A stretch of DNA of 64,000 bases. Source: Octopus sinensis. Lineage: Eukaryota. Shown piece by piece: positions 25,175-38,521 of this stretch. The stretch spans positions 12,524,001-12,588,000 of the forward strand of contig NC_043005.1 of assembly GCF_006345805.1 (NCBI RefSeq), written 5' to 3'. How positions within the stretch are numbered: the stretch's first letter is position 1; every line of letters starts with the position of its first letter. Position numbers and translations under genes: made by a program. Below the pieces are notes generated by a model. It had not been told where the DNA came from and did not search any database. It saw nothing but the letters and a program-made list of their open reading frames with translations.

Positions 25175-25839
25175 TACTCAGTATTTTTACACTTATTTGG
25201 AGAGGATATGTTAGATAGGTATTGCTAGGCTTGAAATTGGGGTGTTTTTCATGGTTATAAACCGAGTTTCAATTTTGCACAGTTTTGTCATTGTTCGGTG
25301 TGATTATATATCTTATTGGAACAACTGTTGTGATGATTACGTCTTCCTTCTACCCAGGTAGAAAATTCTAATTGAATTGTATACGAAATATTTACAAATA
25401 TTAGAATGTAAACTTCACCAAAGCACAACAGGTTGAATGAAGTGGACACACAATCTTCCTAAAACCCGTTTCTAAGTTAAATAATTAAAACAAAAATTAT
25501 CTTTTATTCTAACGGGAAATAAAATTGAGTAAGCCACAGAGAATGAATGAACACAAACACACAAGTTAAACACAACAATAGTGATAATTATCCTTTCTAC
25601 TAAGGGAACAAGGCCTGGAATTTGTTGGAAGGGGACTAGTCGATTACATCAACCCCAGTGTTTCGTTGGTTCTTAATTTAACAACTCCGAAAGGACGAAA
25701 GGCAAAGCCGACCTCGGTGAAATTTGAACAACAATAATGATAATGATTTCTAATTTCGGAATAAGGCCAGCAATTTTCAGAAGGGGTTGTTAGTAGGGCG
25801 TTCGATCTCAGGACTTGACTAGCACTATATTTTATCTAT

Positions 25840-26068
25840 TTCTTTACTACCCACAAGGGGCTAAACACAAAGAGGACAAACAAGTACAGACAAACGGATT
25901 AAGTCGATTATATCGACCCCAGTGCGTAACTGGTATTTATTTAATCGCTCCTGAAAGGATGAAAGGCAAAGTCGACCTCGGCGGAATTTGAACTCAGAAC
26001 GTAACGGCAGCCGAAATACTGCTAAGCATTCCGGCCGGCGTGCTAACGTTCTGCCAGCTCGCCGCCTT
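25840..26068 (-). mobile_element. SINE family A, full length (older degenerate copies lie immediately upstream, about 25600-25830)
   Basis: Matches the family consensus, including A and B boxes. Confidence 0.9.
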
Positions 26069-28251
26069 CTATGTGCGCTATATGTTATCGACTGGCAATA
26101 TATTTTATCGACTCTGAAAGGTTAATGCCAAAGTTAACCCCAGGAGGAATAATTCCCAATAAAGATACAACAGCAGGAAGAAGGGTGCGGTGACAGTCAG
26201 TTATGTTGATTAAATTAGTTGACTGGTACTTTAGCTTACCGACTAACGAAGGTCGCCAATAATAATCTCTTTATTGGTTAAAGGACACAAGTTTGTGAAC
26301 GATATAATTAATTTAAGATTGGGTACAAATATGAAACAACAGTTTTGATATAAGTGAAGTGAAATAAGTGTAATCTAGAGTTGAAACATGCAAACAGAAT
26401 TAGTTCGCCGTTGATTACATTCTGTAGTTTGGTATTTTACAAACAGAATCATTCAAATGAAATGTGTGTGATTTTTCACAGATCATTAAATTCATAAAGA
26501 CGAAATACTGGAAGGGAAAATTTCAGAATAATCCTTTCAGTAAAGGATTCTAAATAACAGAAGATAATTAATTACTTATAACTTCCTTTTAATTTAGATT
26601 GAAAATTCGGTTGCAGGACGATAAAAGAACTGATAGCTAATAAAGACGAAATAGCTTAACGTTAACTTTCAGGATTGTTAATGTATACGAAAAGGAATCG
26701 CAGTATATTTATCGATGTTGTATTACGATGTATTTTGATGTGATATTTACCTCATTGGGAATTGTTAACATACATAGATATGGCCAGGAAGACGAAAACC
26801 AAAAACAAAAACCAAATAACTAAGCGAAGCGAGCACAGCGAGAACATTTATATAAGACAACAAAGAATCACGAGATGGCGCTAACATTTCAATAACACTG
26901 TTGACTTCCGGTTTGAGCTTCCTTACTTTACTTATTGTTATCTAAATTTTCTAAATCTCTTTGATGTGAAATACGTATATATATAATCATATATACGCAC
27001 GTATTATGTGTGTATACATACCAAACATACTGTTATGTATATGCACGCACATATATACATACACGTATACTTGTGAGTACATATACCTGTAAGAATATGT
27101 ATTTATTTATAAGTGAATATATATGTATAAATGTATGTATATATACGTTATGTGTTTGTGTGTGTGTGTGTATGTGTGTGTGTAAACATATATATTTTTG
27201 TGTGTGTATGTGTGTGTGTGTGTACATATGAGTATCAGCATATATTTTAGGAATATTTACTTAGAATACACGCAATTATACAAACGTATACACACACACA
27301 CACATAAAACACTCACATATACACGCATGTGTATGTGCATGTGTATGTGTGTGCGTGTGCTTACGCACATCTTAGTATAAGTATCATCACCAAACTGTAT
27401 GCTAAATATGTCACTTAAACAAAGCAGCGATTGATAAATCATATGTAAAAACTGCTTTGATCTTGATATATACCTGCTTTCTGAAAGATCATCTCAATTG
27501 TCTTTTATTATTTTACATGATGCTAACATTTCTAGTTGCTTTGTCTATTTAAGTATATACTTTTGAAGTTTCGCTTCATTATTTTTATATTGACGATGTT
27601 TCCTGAGAGCGAACTGTCTTCATTCGATGGCAACGATTGACGGAAAAGATTCTGACGAAATGGAATTTTCTTTCGGATTTTAATTCAATTATTATTCTCT
27701 GATGTTGCTGTGCCATGAGTGCTTATTTTAATACTCACTTGTACTTGCAAAAGCTCTTGAACACAAAAGAACTTTGATTTACACGTTCACCTACACTTCC
27801 GGTAAGTATACTTGAATTTAAACAGAGACACCATATGACTTCACATAAAGGTAACATTATGAAGGACTGACACATCAGCAGATTTCTAGTTGCATGCACA
27901 TACACACATTTACACTCATTCACTCACACGCGCGCGCGCGCACATAAGTGTGTGAGAGTGAAGAAGCCATATATATACAGGTACACACAAGTAAGCACGT
28001 AAATGTAAAACAAGGCGGAAACAATAGCAGTAAAGAAAGAGTAATATGCTTTTTATCAAAGGCGAAAAAAAATATTCACCAAGTGTTTACGAAATTGTTT
28101 TTTTTTATTCTTTGTGAATATTGTTTTAGATTTTAATTCACAGTTTTGATATACATACATACATAAATACATACAAACATACATACAAACATACATACAT
28201 ACATACATACATACATACATACATACATACATACATACATACATACATACA

Positions 28252-29253
28252 TTATGGCTGCCCCCTCGTTATGGAGTATGGCCATTGCACGAAGCTTAAC
28301 TGTTACTGGTGCTGTGACCGAATGTGACTTTTTAGCCCAGCTAAAGATCTACAATGTCTTGTGCAGAATTGGCAGCTAAAACCTTTACTGGTAATAGCCG
28401 GCTGTAGTTGTAACTGGGCTTCATGTACCTTTGCATGTCGTTAAGTCCTCCTGCCGAATTACACTCTCTTCTACATGCCCGAAAGATATGATTAGTATGG
28501 TGTGTTACACCACCACCAGTGGCCAGGTTGTCACTCATCTGTCTCGTTTTATGACTACGAAGATGACTCATGAGTCTAGCTTTACTGAGGCAGGGTCTTG
28601 CACAGACATTGCATGTCAGAATCAAAGGAAGATCCTTCCCTTCTGGAAGTGTAACAGCGATGCCCTTCCTGACATCCCTCCTTACTTTCTCATGTGCAAC
28701 TCGAGATTTCTCAAACGTGGCTGTCCTCTCATGCACAATCCTTCTCCACCTACTACGATCAATAGCTATGCCTTCCCATGTGTCAGGAGAGATGCAAGCA
28801 TCTCTTAAGGAAGCCTTCAGCAAGTCTTTATACCTCTTTTTTGGTTTATGTGGAGGTCGTTCTCCTTTAGCTAACTCTCCATAAAAGAGTTGTTTTGGCA
28901 TCCTTGAATCCTTAATTCTGACCAGATGACCACTCCATCTGAGCCTTTGCTTCTATACTAGAGTTTCTATACTTTCACACCGAGAGCCTTCGAGTATTTC
29001 AAGATCACTGAAGCGGTCCTTCCACTTCATGCCATAGATCCGTCTGAGGCATATCTGATGGAAACATTCTAGTTGTTTAAGGTGGTATCGATATGTGGCC
29101 CACGTCTCGCAGGCATAGAGAAGAGAAGGGAGCACACATGCCTTGTACACCTTTATCTTTGTCTTTCTGCATATGTCTCGCCGACTCCAGAGGGGCTTTT
29201 CTAGCCTTCCGAAAGCAACACTTGCTTTCCTAAATCTATATGGAATTTCATTA
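28252..29253 (-). mobile_element. 5'-truncated RTE-clade LINE (ORF2 C-terminus with C2H2 fingers plus 3' end)
   Basis: KASVAFGRL ... TKIKVYKACVLPSLLYACETW ... LECFHQICLRRI ... RWSGHLVR ... PKQLFYGEL ... KPKKRYKD, typical of RTE/BovB. The 3' end gcagccataatgtatgtatg runs into (ATGT)n. Confidence 0.92.
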
Positions 29254-29335
29254 TACATACATGCATGCATACATACATACATACATACATACATGCATAC
29301 ATACATACATACATATACATACATACATACATAAT

Positions 29336-29714
29336 GGCATTCCCTCGGTTACGACGACGGGGGTTCCTGTTGATCCGATCAACGGAACAGCCTGGTCGTG
29401 AAATTAACGTGCAAATGACTGAGCACTCCACAGACACGTGTACCCTTAACGTAGTTCTCGAGGAGATTCAGCGTGACACAGAGTGTGACAAAGCTGGCCC
29501 TTTGAAATACAGGTACAACAGAAACAGGAAGAAAGAGTGAGAGAAAGTCGTGGTGAAAGAGTACAGTAGGTATCACCACCATCCCCTGCCGGAGCGTCGT
29601 GGAGCTTTAGGTGTTTTCGCTCAATAAACACTCACAACGCCCGGGCTGAGAATCGAAACCGCGATCCTACAACCGCGAGTCCGCTGCCCTAACACTGGCT
29701 CATTGCGCCTCCAC
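29336..29714 (-). mobile_element. tRNA-derived SINE family C
   Basis: Head gtggaggcgcaatgagcccagtgttagggc, B box ggtttcgattctc and tail gatcggatcaacaggaacc ... gccattatgtatg. Paralogous to 53674-54056. Confidence 0.88.
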
Positions 29715-30215
29715 ACATACATACATACACACACACACACATACATACATACATACATACATACATACATTCATACATACATACATACATACATACATAC
29801 ATACATACAATACATACATACATACATACATACATACATACATGCATACATACATACATACATACATACATACATACATACATACATACATACATACATT
29901 CATACATACATACATACATACATACATGCATACATACATACATGCATACATACATACATACATACATACATACATACAATACATACATACACACATACAT
30001 ACATTCATACATACATACATACATACATGCATACATACATGCATGCATACATGCATGCATACATACATACATTCATACATACATACATACATACATACAT
30101 ACATACGTACGTACGTACGTACGTACGTACATACATACATACATACATACATACATACAAACATACATACATACATACATACATACATACATACATACGT
30201 AAATACATACGTACA
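29715..30215. repeat. (TACA)n microsatellite of about 500 bp
   Basis: Read directly from the sequence. Confidence 0.98.
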
Positions 30216-32095
30216 TATGTGAGTGAGTGTTTTAGTAAACCCAAATATTTTCATGGAACCTCACAATATCAAACGAATTGACATCTGATTAACTACACGA
30301 CATTGTTCATCTAATTTGAGTGAACGAGATATTGAATAAACCGAATTTTCACTCCTAGAATATGGACTGCGTTATATTTTCATCTCTTTGTACACACATG
30401 AGCGCAAATATACACGCATATACAAATATTTACACGCAAATTGCTGATACGGTATGGATATTTTGTTCAAACCAGTATGTTACTACAGAATATAGCTACA
30501 CATTTTAGCCAATATTTTCCGTAAATACCTTGTTTTATAGTATTCCTTGTCTTCATAGACAGACAAAGAAAAAAGAGTTAAAATCCAAACTAGTATTAGT
30601 TCTGTGAAGAGATTTTATGACCAACTGAAAATTCTCTTTAACTGCCTACACAGACACTACTTATATTTTAATACTACTGAGGACATAACTAAACTGGATA
30701 GAATAATTTGTACATATAACACATTTTCCGCAGTCGTATCGATATATAATTACTGGTGCGTTTACGGTAATTTCTGAAAGCTATAATTTACTACATAACC
30801 ATAGATTTTAGTCGATATTTTATAAAAATGACTAGGAGAAACGCCTTGTCCACTAAGTGGACAGAAAAAAAAAACACATCAACTGGATTATTTTGAATCT
30901 TATATTGCGAATTCCTCGACGACTGAATACTATATGTGACAATTTATAGATACACTGTTTAAAATATCTCCCACTAAGAACAGCCGAAGCAAATTGGTTA
31001 GAAAATTTTGTCAGCTTATTCTAATATTTTGCTAAATTTTGAAATATTTTCTCATAACTTCATTTGTCATTTTTGTGTTATGATAAAAGTAGGTTGTACT
31101 CGAATGAAATTGTACCGAATACAGGATGCATAAATATCCATTCAGACAAAGGTTCTAAATAATCCAAATATATAAGAAAACATGGACAGAAATATTTTAA
31201 TCGAGTCGTGAAGGTTTCCTAAGGAACACCATTAATCAATGATTTGTGGTTGATCTGGATGTTATTTCTAACAGATTAAGCGATCATGTATAAGTTTCCT
31301 AAGACTATACACTCTGAAGGTGTATAGTCTTATAGCGATAGTCTTATAGTCTTATAGACTTATAGCGATAGTTCAAGAAGTAGTTTTGTAAAAGTTGCGA
31401 GAGCTACAACGTTATTGTTTCAATTACTACTCGACATCAATTTCCTTTTCTTACACTGCTATAATTTCTTTTGGGCAAATTCATAAAGAGAATAAACATT
31501 AGAACACTTCTCTTAAAATACAGGATTTTATTTTAAATAATATTTGGTGAGAAATATGAAGGTGATGAGCTGGCAGAATCATTAGAACACCAGAAAAAAG
31601 CCTAGCAGCATCCAGTCCTTCTGAGTATTCTGAGTGCAAATGCCACTGAGGTCAACTTTGCCTTTCGGGGGTGGGGGAGGATAAAACAAGTACCAGTTAA
31701 ACAGAAGGTTCAATGTTATCGATCTATCCCCTACCCGAAAATTGCAGGCCTTGTGCCAACATTTGAAATCAATATTTCGTTTTTGGATTTTGTTTGCAAG
31801 ATTCTTTATAAGAGTTCGTGTGTTGAAGCATATTGTGTTGTGTCTGGGGAGAATCATTTTCTTTTTGTACCTTATAATTTAACACATTCACCGGTAAAAT
31901 TTCGACTTACTTCTTATTTTTATTTTCCTAAAATTTTAGTTGCGCCTTGCAACCTTTTCAATAATCTTGACTATACTCAAGGCTATTGAAAAGGTTGCAA
32001 GACGCAACAAAAATTTTAGGAAATTAAGAAATAAATTTGAAATCAATGTTTGGTAAGAAATAAATACAATTTATCGAATTTGAAATAGTATAATA

Positions 32096-32331
32096 CCTAT
32101 TTCTTTACTACCCACAAGGGGCTAAACACAGAGAGGACAAACAAGGACAGACAAACGGTTTAAGTCGATTATATCGACCCCAGCGCGTAACTGGTACTTA
32201 TTTAATCGACCCCGAAAGGATGAAAGGCAAAGTCGACCTCGGCGGAATTTGAACTCAGAACGTAGCAGCAGACGAAATACTGCAAAGCATTGCCGCACTA
32301 CATGCTATCGTTTCTGCAAGCTCGCCGCCTT
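32096..32331 (-). mobile_element. SINE family A, full length
   Basis: Matches the family consensus. Confidence 0.9.
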
Positions 32332-33087
32332 ATTTTTATTTTTTTATTTTTTTTTTATAATAATACCAGGATTGGTAACTGCGCTCGTTTACTACCCATA
32401 TTAACCTTGATCGAATAGGTCTTTGATTGGAAACTTTCCTCTCTCAATCATATTTATTCAGATTTTGTGTATCGAAGAAGATCTACGACCGCATTATGGG
32501 ATTTGATATTCGTGTTTCATGAAAAAAATGTGTCAGATATCTCTCGCAATTTGTCAACCTCAACATTAGTTACTGCATTTGGCTTTTATATTACTTGTAG
32601 CCACGGCCTCACGTTTAAGTGCATTTAATCTAAGATCTGTCAAATATTTTGCTGGTGACAGCGGACCACTATGTTCAGCATGACACTGCACTCTCTGTAT
32701 CAATAGACTTCAGTATTATTTTTTTTTTTAAATCACCACCAACCTCAATGTACGAATACATACAAATATACGAGGATATATCTACAATGATACACATGGG
32801 TGCACACAAATATACACAAGAGATGCGTTTAAATAGCCACATACTTTCACACACACACACAAACACACATATATATATATAGGTGTGTGTATGTATGTAT
32901 ATATATATATATATGTGTGTGTGTATGTATGTATGTATGTATGTATGTATGTATGTATGTATGTATGTATGTATGTATATATGTATATATATACATATAT
33001 AGTGAGAATTCAGAAAAACAAACAAGACACAACGACGGGTGTTTAAACAAACAAATGTATTAGTTTAACGCTTGGAAAGTGAGAAAA

Positions 33088-33124
33088 TCTATTACATTTC
33101 GAGCTTACGCTCTTCGACAGGAAG
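33088..33124 (-). ncRNA. Degenerate hammerhead-like motif (same repeat family as 15847-15881)
   Basis: Minus strand cttc-CTGTCGA-a-gagc[gtaa]gctc-GAAATGTA; the flanks resemble 15760-15900. Confidence 0.4.
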
Positions 33125-33397
33125 GAACACAGAAATAAACAGGGAGAGAAAATATAAAAAAAGGTTTAGTTGCTCGCGTAGTATTTATCCCATGGACATT
33201 TTGAAAACTACATATAAACCTGGCTTCCGCTTTATTTGAATTCAATATTTAGAATAATAAGCGTAGAATTTAGATCTACCCCACTTTGGGCGAGAGACGT
33301 GGTATTCAGGCTCACCTTCTACTCTCTCTCTCTTGCACTACCTTTTGCACCTTCCCTTCCCCTCTCTCTATCTCTCTTTCTTTCTCTCACATGTCTT

Positions 33398-33490
33398 GAG
33401 AAGAAGAAGAAGAAGCAGAAGAAGAAGAAGAAGAAGAAGAAGAAGAAGAAGAAGAAGAAGAAGAAGAAGAAGAAGAAGAAGAAGAAGAAG
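33398..33490. repeat. (GAA)n microsatellite
   Basis: Read directly from the sequence. Confidence 0.97.
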
Positions 33491-33561
33491 ACGACAGGTA
33501 ACTAGAAATAGCTAAAAAACCTAGATCCTAGAGAATGAAAAAGAAGTAGGGGTAGTAATAC

Positions 33562-33593
<32 letters not shown>

Positions 33594-34054
33594 AAAGGAG
33601 GTTGATGAAAAAGGAAAAAGGATGATAAATATATTATCCTCCAGATTTTTGAGGAGGATCGCCATTAATTGAAACCATTGGCGATAGTAAGGCCCTTGTT
33701 TAGAAACACGATATCTAATCCCTCCCCACCATCTATCATTCGGATCCACAATTTGCACATGTGATCACAAGAACAAGTAAACACCTGCGGTTTTTTTGAA
33801 ATTTTGCAAAACTCGGAAAATATCTTCGAACATTCTTTGAGGGTGGAGGAAGTAAAGAGTGATAAAAATATAAAAGTATTCAGCAAATAAACTAGAAAAC
33901 GTAATGTAAAATGGCGTCGATAATTTAACGAAAAGAACTTAAACATAAAACCAACAAAAAATACGTAAGCGGATGTAAAATATACTGTTATTGTTTACAT
34001 GTCATTTAACGGCTGAAAGCTTTATACATCACCTCTGGAGTAAACTAGTAACGC

Positions 34055-34102
<48 letters not shown>

Positions 34103-34503
34103 TGTATGTGTGTGTGTGCCTATGTTATACTCCGACTATTTATAGAAAGCCAAGCCATGTCCGTCTATTCATTCAACTTTGCTTTTGAGTAATGCCGCCA
34201 ACGCAAGTTTTCCACATTTACATATATTGCTACCAGAACGGCATGCTATATAACTACTGTTGAAGGGAGATTACCTTTTTTAATGGACTAAACTGGAAGA
34301 AAGTGAGAGAGAGAGAGAGGGAGAGGGAAATAAAGAAACTGAGTAAGTGGGCTTTATGTGGTCTCATCCAGCTAGAAATAGCTTTCAAAGTACTTTTATA
34401 TCGACACAGTTTTTTTTCTTTTGAAGTGACGCATAAACACATTGGAATGACTTGGATAAACGCTCTACTTGATAAGAACCTGTTAGGGCTAAATAACGAA
34501 AGC

Positions 34504-34538
<35 letters not shown>

Positions 34539-34593
34539 TATATTTGTTCCACGTCCTCGCGTTGTGTTTTTTTGTGCTTTCTTGTTTGGATTA

Positions 34594-34642
<49 letters not shown>

Positions 34643-34747
34643 ATAATAATAAAGGGTAAAATTAATTAATCAATTTATAATTAATAATCTTACCATGTAG
34701 TTCGGTATGTTAAAAGAACCTTTATCGGTAAACTTATACAAAAATTA

Positions 34748-34997
34748 TTATAATCATAAACATATTTATAATTAGGGGTTAGAAAATTGCTTCACCACAT
34801 ACCCAAATTTAGAGATACAAGTTAAATACTAATCTACTACTGTAAGATCTCAACTCTTTGCCTGTGTGAGTTGAGAATATTGCTGTCTGGGATATAGCTT
34901 ATAGTAGTAGAATAGTATTTAACTGCTATTTCTAAATTTCGGTATGTAGTGAAGCAATTTTGCTCAGCCCTAATTATAATTATGTTTATAATTATAA
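34748..34997. mobile_element. Fold-back MITE-like element of about 250 bp
   Basis: Arms 34748-34831 and 34914-34997 are imperfect reverse complements, with nested inner pairs ctactact/agtagtag and tctcaactc/gagttgaga. Confidence 0.78.
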
Positions 34998-35641
34998 TAA
35001 TTTACATATATATATATAAACGAGGTAGTGTTCTTTCTTATAATCAATTAAATTTGCAAAACTATAATTTTTCAAATCTGTCAGAATACCATTTCTCATG
35101 AAATTTACCTCATACGACTGAAAATAAGTATCGATCTGTCTGAAACTGATGAAAAACGAGAAAATATACATTTAGCAAAATAAAAGTAATTTATTAACTA
35201 CACCGTTGTTGTTTGTGACGTTACTATTGTTTTTTAATTCTCAAATCTTCTTAGATTGAGAAAACGTATGCTATTTTTCAAATACCATTTTCAGCATAAG
35301 AATATCACGGTTGTTCTTCTCTTGTATAAGACGGCAGAGTAGGAGTTGAGATTTGTCTGATATTTCTCAGTAAATTAGTCATACAAAAGGTGCTACACTC
35401 TATCGAGGTTTCAGTCTCTTTGATTAGGATCTACCTTGTGTATTTCTAAGCAATCGTAGTTTTTTTTTATTTTTTTTTTTTTACACAAATAATATAAAAG
35501 TAATTTCATTTAATCGAGATAGCTAATTATTTAGTAGGATCATCCATATTAAAAAGACTTCTAGATAAGTCAGTATTAGCACATTTTATGTATAGGACTT
35601 TAAAAGCCGAATTACAAATTCATATGTAGTAAAAAAAAACA

Positions 35642-36061
35642 AGGCGCAGGAGTGGCTGTGTGGTAAGTAGCTTGCTAACCAACCACATGGTTCCGGGTTC
35701 AGTCCCACTGCGTGGCATCTTGGGCAAGTGTCTTCTGCTATAGCCCCGGGCCGACCAATGCCTTGTGAGTGGATTTGGTAGACGGAAACTGAAAGAAGCC
35801 TGTCGTATATATGTATATATTTATATATATGTATGTGTGTGTTTGTGTGTCTGTGTTTGTCCTCCTAGCATTACTTGACAACCGATGCTGGTGTGTTTAC
35901 GTCCCCGTCACTTAGCGGTTAGGCAAAAAGAGACCAATAGAATAAGTACTGGGCTTACAAAGAACAAGTCCCGGGGTCGATTTGCTCGACTAAAGGCGGT
36001 GCTCCAGCATGGCCGCAGTCAAATGACTGAAACAAGTAAAAGAGTAAAAGAGTAAAGAGTA
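35642..36061 (+). mobile_element. CORE-type SINE family B, full length
   Basis: Same consensus as 24766-25174, with a (AAAGAGT)n tail. Confidence 0.92.
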
Positions 36062-36796
36062 ATCGTTTTGTCAATGTGTAATACTGTGTCCTCTTCACTT
36101 GGTTTAAGAATGCTATCTGTCATACAAAATCGTCCTTGGATGCACTCTAGTGCAAGGATGTACAACTCCCCAAACTCCTTACTTACAAATTCAGGTGCCC
36201 TAAAGAATATGAAATATGCAAGAGGTTAAACACGCTACAAATAGTTCTATTGCTTGTGGTTTTAATAATTGAAAGAATTATAGGCCTGAACGACTTCCAA
36301 CAGTTAAGCAATGTCAGAAGAAACAATGGGTGATATGTTCTTGCGTATGGGAGTGAGTAAAGCCAGCGGGATAGCAGAACCTTTGGTGCGCTGGATAGAA
36401 TGCCTAACGGCATTTCTTGATATCTTCTTCGCCTTTCGTCTTTGGCATCGATAAAATAGGCACCAGTTAGGCGCTGGCGTCGGTGTTATTCCTACTTCCC
36501 ACAAAACTTCAGGCCTTGTAATGTTAGTAGAACACAAGCCCACCCACACACTCACAGACACACACACACACACACACAAATTCGCACACTCAGAGACACA
36601 CACACACATGCACACACACACGCATACACACACACGCGTACATACGTATATACTGCCGATATGCGAGCATGTTTCACGCAATAGATTGGGGTTCATATTT
36701 GAGCGATTTTCTTTGTCATATAAATGTATAGACTCGGTTAGTGTATATGTACACTGGGGTACGTTTGGCTGCGCGTATTTTAAGCGCGTTGCATGT

Positions 36797-36858
<62 letters not shown>

Positions 36859-36893
36859 GGATAGATGGATGGATGGATGGATGAGGATGGTTG

Positions 36894-36985
<92 letters not shown>

Positions 36986-37100
36986 TATAGATAGACAGAC
37001 GGACGGACGGACGGACGGACGGATGGATGGATGGATGGATGGATAGATAGATAGACAGATAGATAGATGGATGGATAGAGAGAGAGATAGATAGATAGAT
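36797..37100. repeat. Compound (GATA)/(GGAT)/(GACG) microsatellite
   Basis: Read directly from the sequence. Confidence 0.97.
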
Positions 37101-37491
37101 AATTTTCTTTATTGGCCACACAGGGCTGCACACAGATGGGACAAGTTACAAGGTAGAGCTTTTCTTTTGGTGGATGAAAAAAACAAAAAACAAAAGAAAC
37201 AAAAAAAGGGGGTGGCGTAGGTTTTCGATCAAGAGGGATCGTAAAAGGGAAGAAAAGAAAAAAAAATTAAATTAAATATAAAAAAATTTTAAAAAAAGAA
37301 GAAAAGGAAAAGGAACAAAAGGAAAGAGAAATGAAAAATTAAAAAAGGGGGAAAAAAGGGTAAGAGGGAAAAAAACGATCAATAGGGATCGTGTATCACA
37401 GTGTTATGATATATGGTGTAAAGGGAAAGCAAATAATGTTTATCCGTGGGAAGAAAAGCCTACGAAAAAGACCACGGTAACCTTGCTCAAT
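37101..37491 (-). mobile_element. Diverged 3' UTR fragment of the Tx1-like family
   Basis: ttctttattggccacacagggctgcacacagatgggacaagttacaaggtagagctttt ... aaaagcctacgaaaaagaccacggtaac aligns with 206-530; it again ends in (TATC)n. Confidence 0.88.
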
Positions 37492-37706
37492 ATTGTTATA
37501 TGTTACCACATTTGTTTGCAAGTGGGTAACCCTCTGTTTTCAATTTCTGGGTTCATAGGATTATGCTCAAGGTGGCTTCGTCATTCATACGTGCCATCCT
37601 TGCTACATTCACCCTTTTTTTTTTAAAACATTCGCTAGACAAAACTTGCCTCTCTGCTCTCACTTTCCTTTAGAGAGAGATAGATAGATAGATAGATAGA
37701 TAGATG

Positions 37707-37797
<91 letters not shown>

Positions 37798-38521
37798 CGA
37801 TATGTGAACGTGGGAATGTTTGAATTTAAAGTGGGTGGAAGACAGTGTTGGAGGCCTGCGTATATTGCGAATGTAGCTTTGTATGTGTGCGTAAATGTGT
37901 GTGTGTTTTATTGTTGTTTGGGTCTGCGAATGATGTGTGACAATTTCATTTATTATTATGTAAATGTGCCAATAAATGATAATGGCTCGCAAGTCGTTCA
38001 GTAAACTGGTGCTCAGTAAATCAGCGCTCCATTAATCAGTGTTTCTTAATGGGACACTTAAATGATATCCAGCAAACTGACCGATAGAAATAGAGCTTCA
38101 ACGAGAATATTTGTTGAAGAATCGCTGAAATAGTAAATGATGTAGCAGTATTATTACCTCCCTTGAGACTCGTGTTGAGAAATAGGTAGCACCTGAAATA
38201 GGAAAGCTGTGAAAAAAGAAATATAAGGTCGGTCTATGAGCAAAGACGGAACAACACGTAAGAATGTTATGGAAATTGTGAGTACATGCAAAGGAGAAGA
38301 AATTTGAGAAGTATCAGGTTTGAATCGGATAAGTCAAAGCAGTTTGTGCGATGGACACCGGAGGGGAAAAAATGTTACTTGGTCGACTACACAGCTGTGA
38401 GTGAACCATGAGCAAACAGCTTGAGAGTAACTTGTACCGGGCACAAAATTTTAGGCTGTCTCGTGCAGACAAGTCGGAAGTTAAAAATTAAGAATTTCTG
38501 TTCTGTAAGTATATATATATA

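Noticed and set aside
28300-28620. Host C2H2 zinc-finger gene
   Set aside because: The fingers are contiguous with the RTE ORF2, lack TGEKP linkers and are followed by the LINE 3' tail.
29689-30281. Long ORFs such as MYVCMYVC..., HTYIHTYI..., IYLSIYLS... and YIYIYI... here and throughout the window
   Set aside because: They are translations of (TACA)n, (GATA)n, (TA)n and (CA)n repeats that lack stop codons; there is no coding signal.
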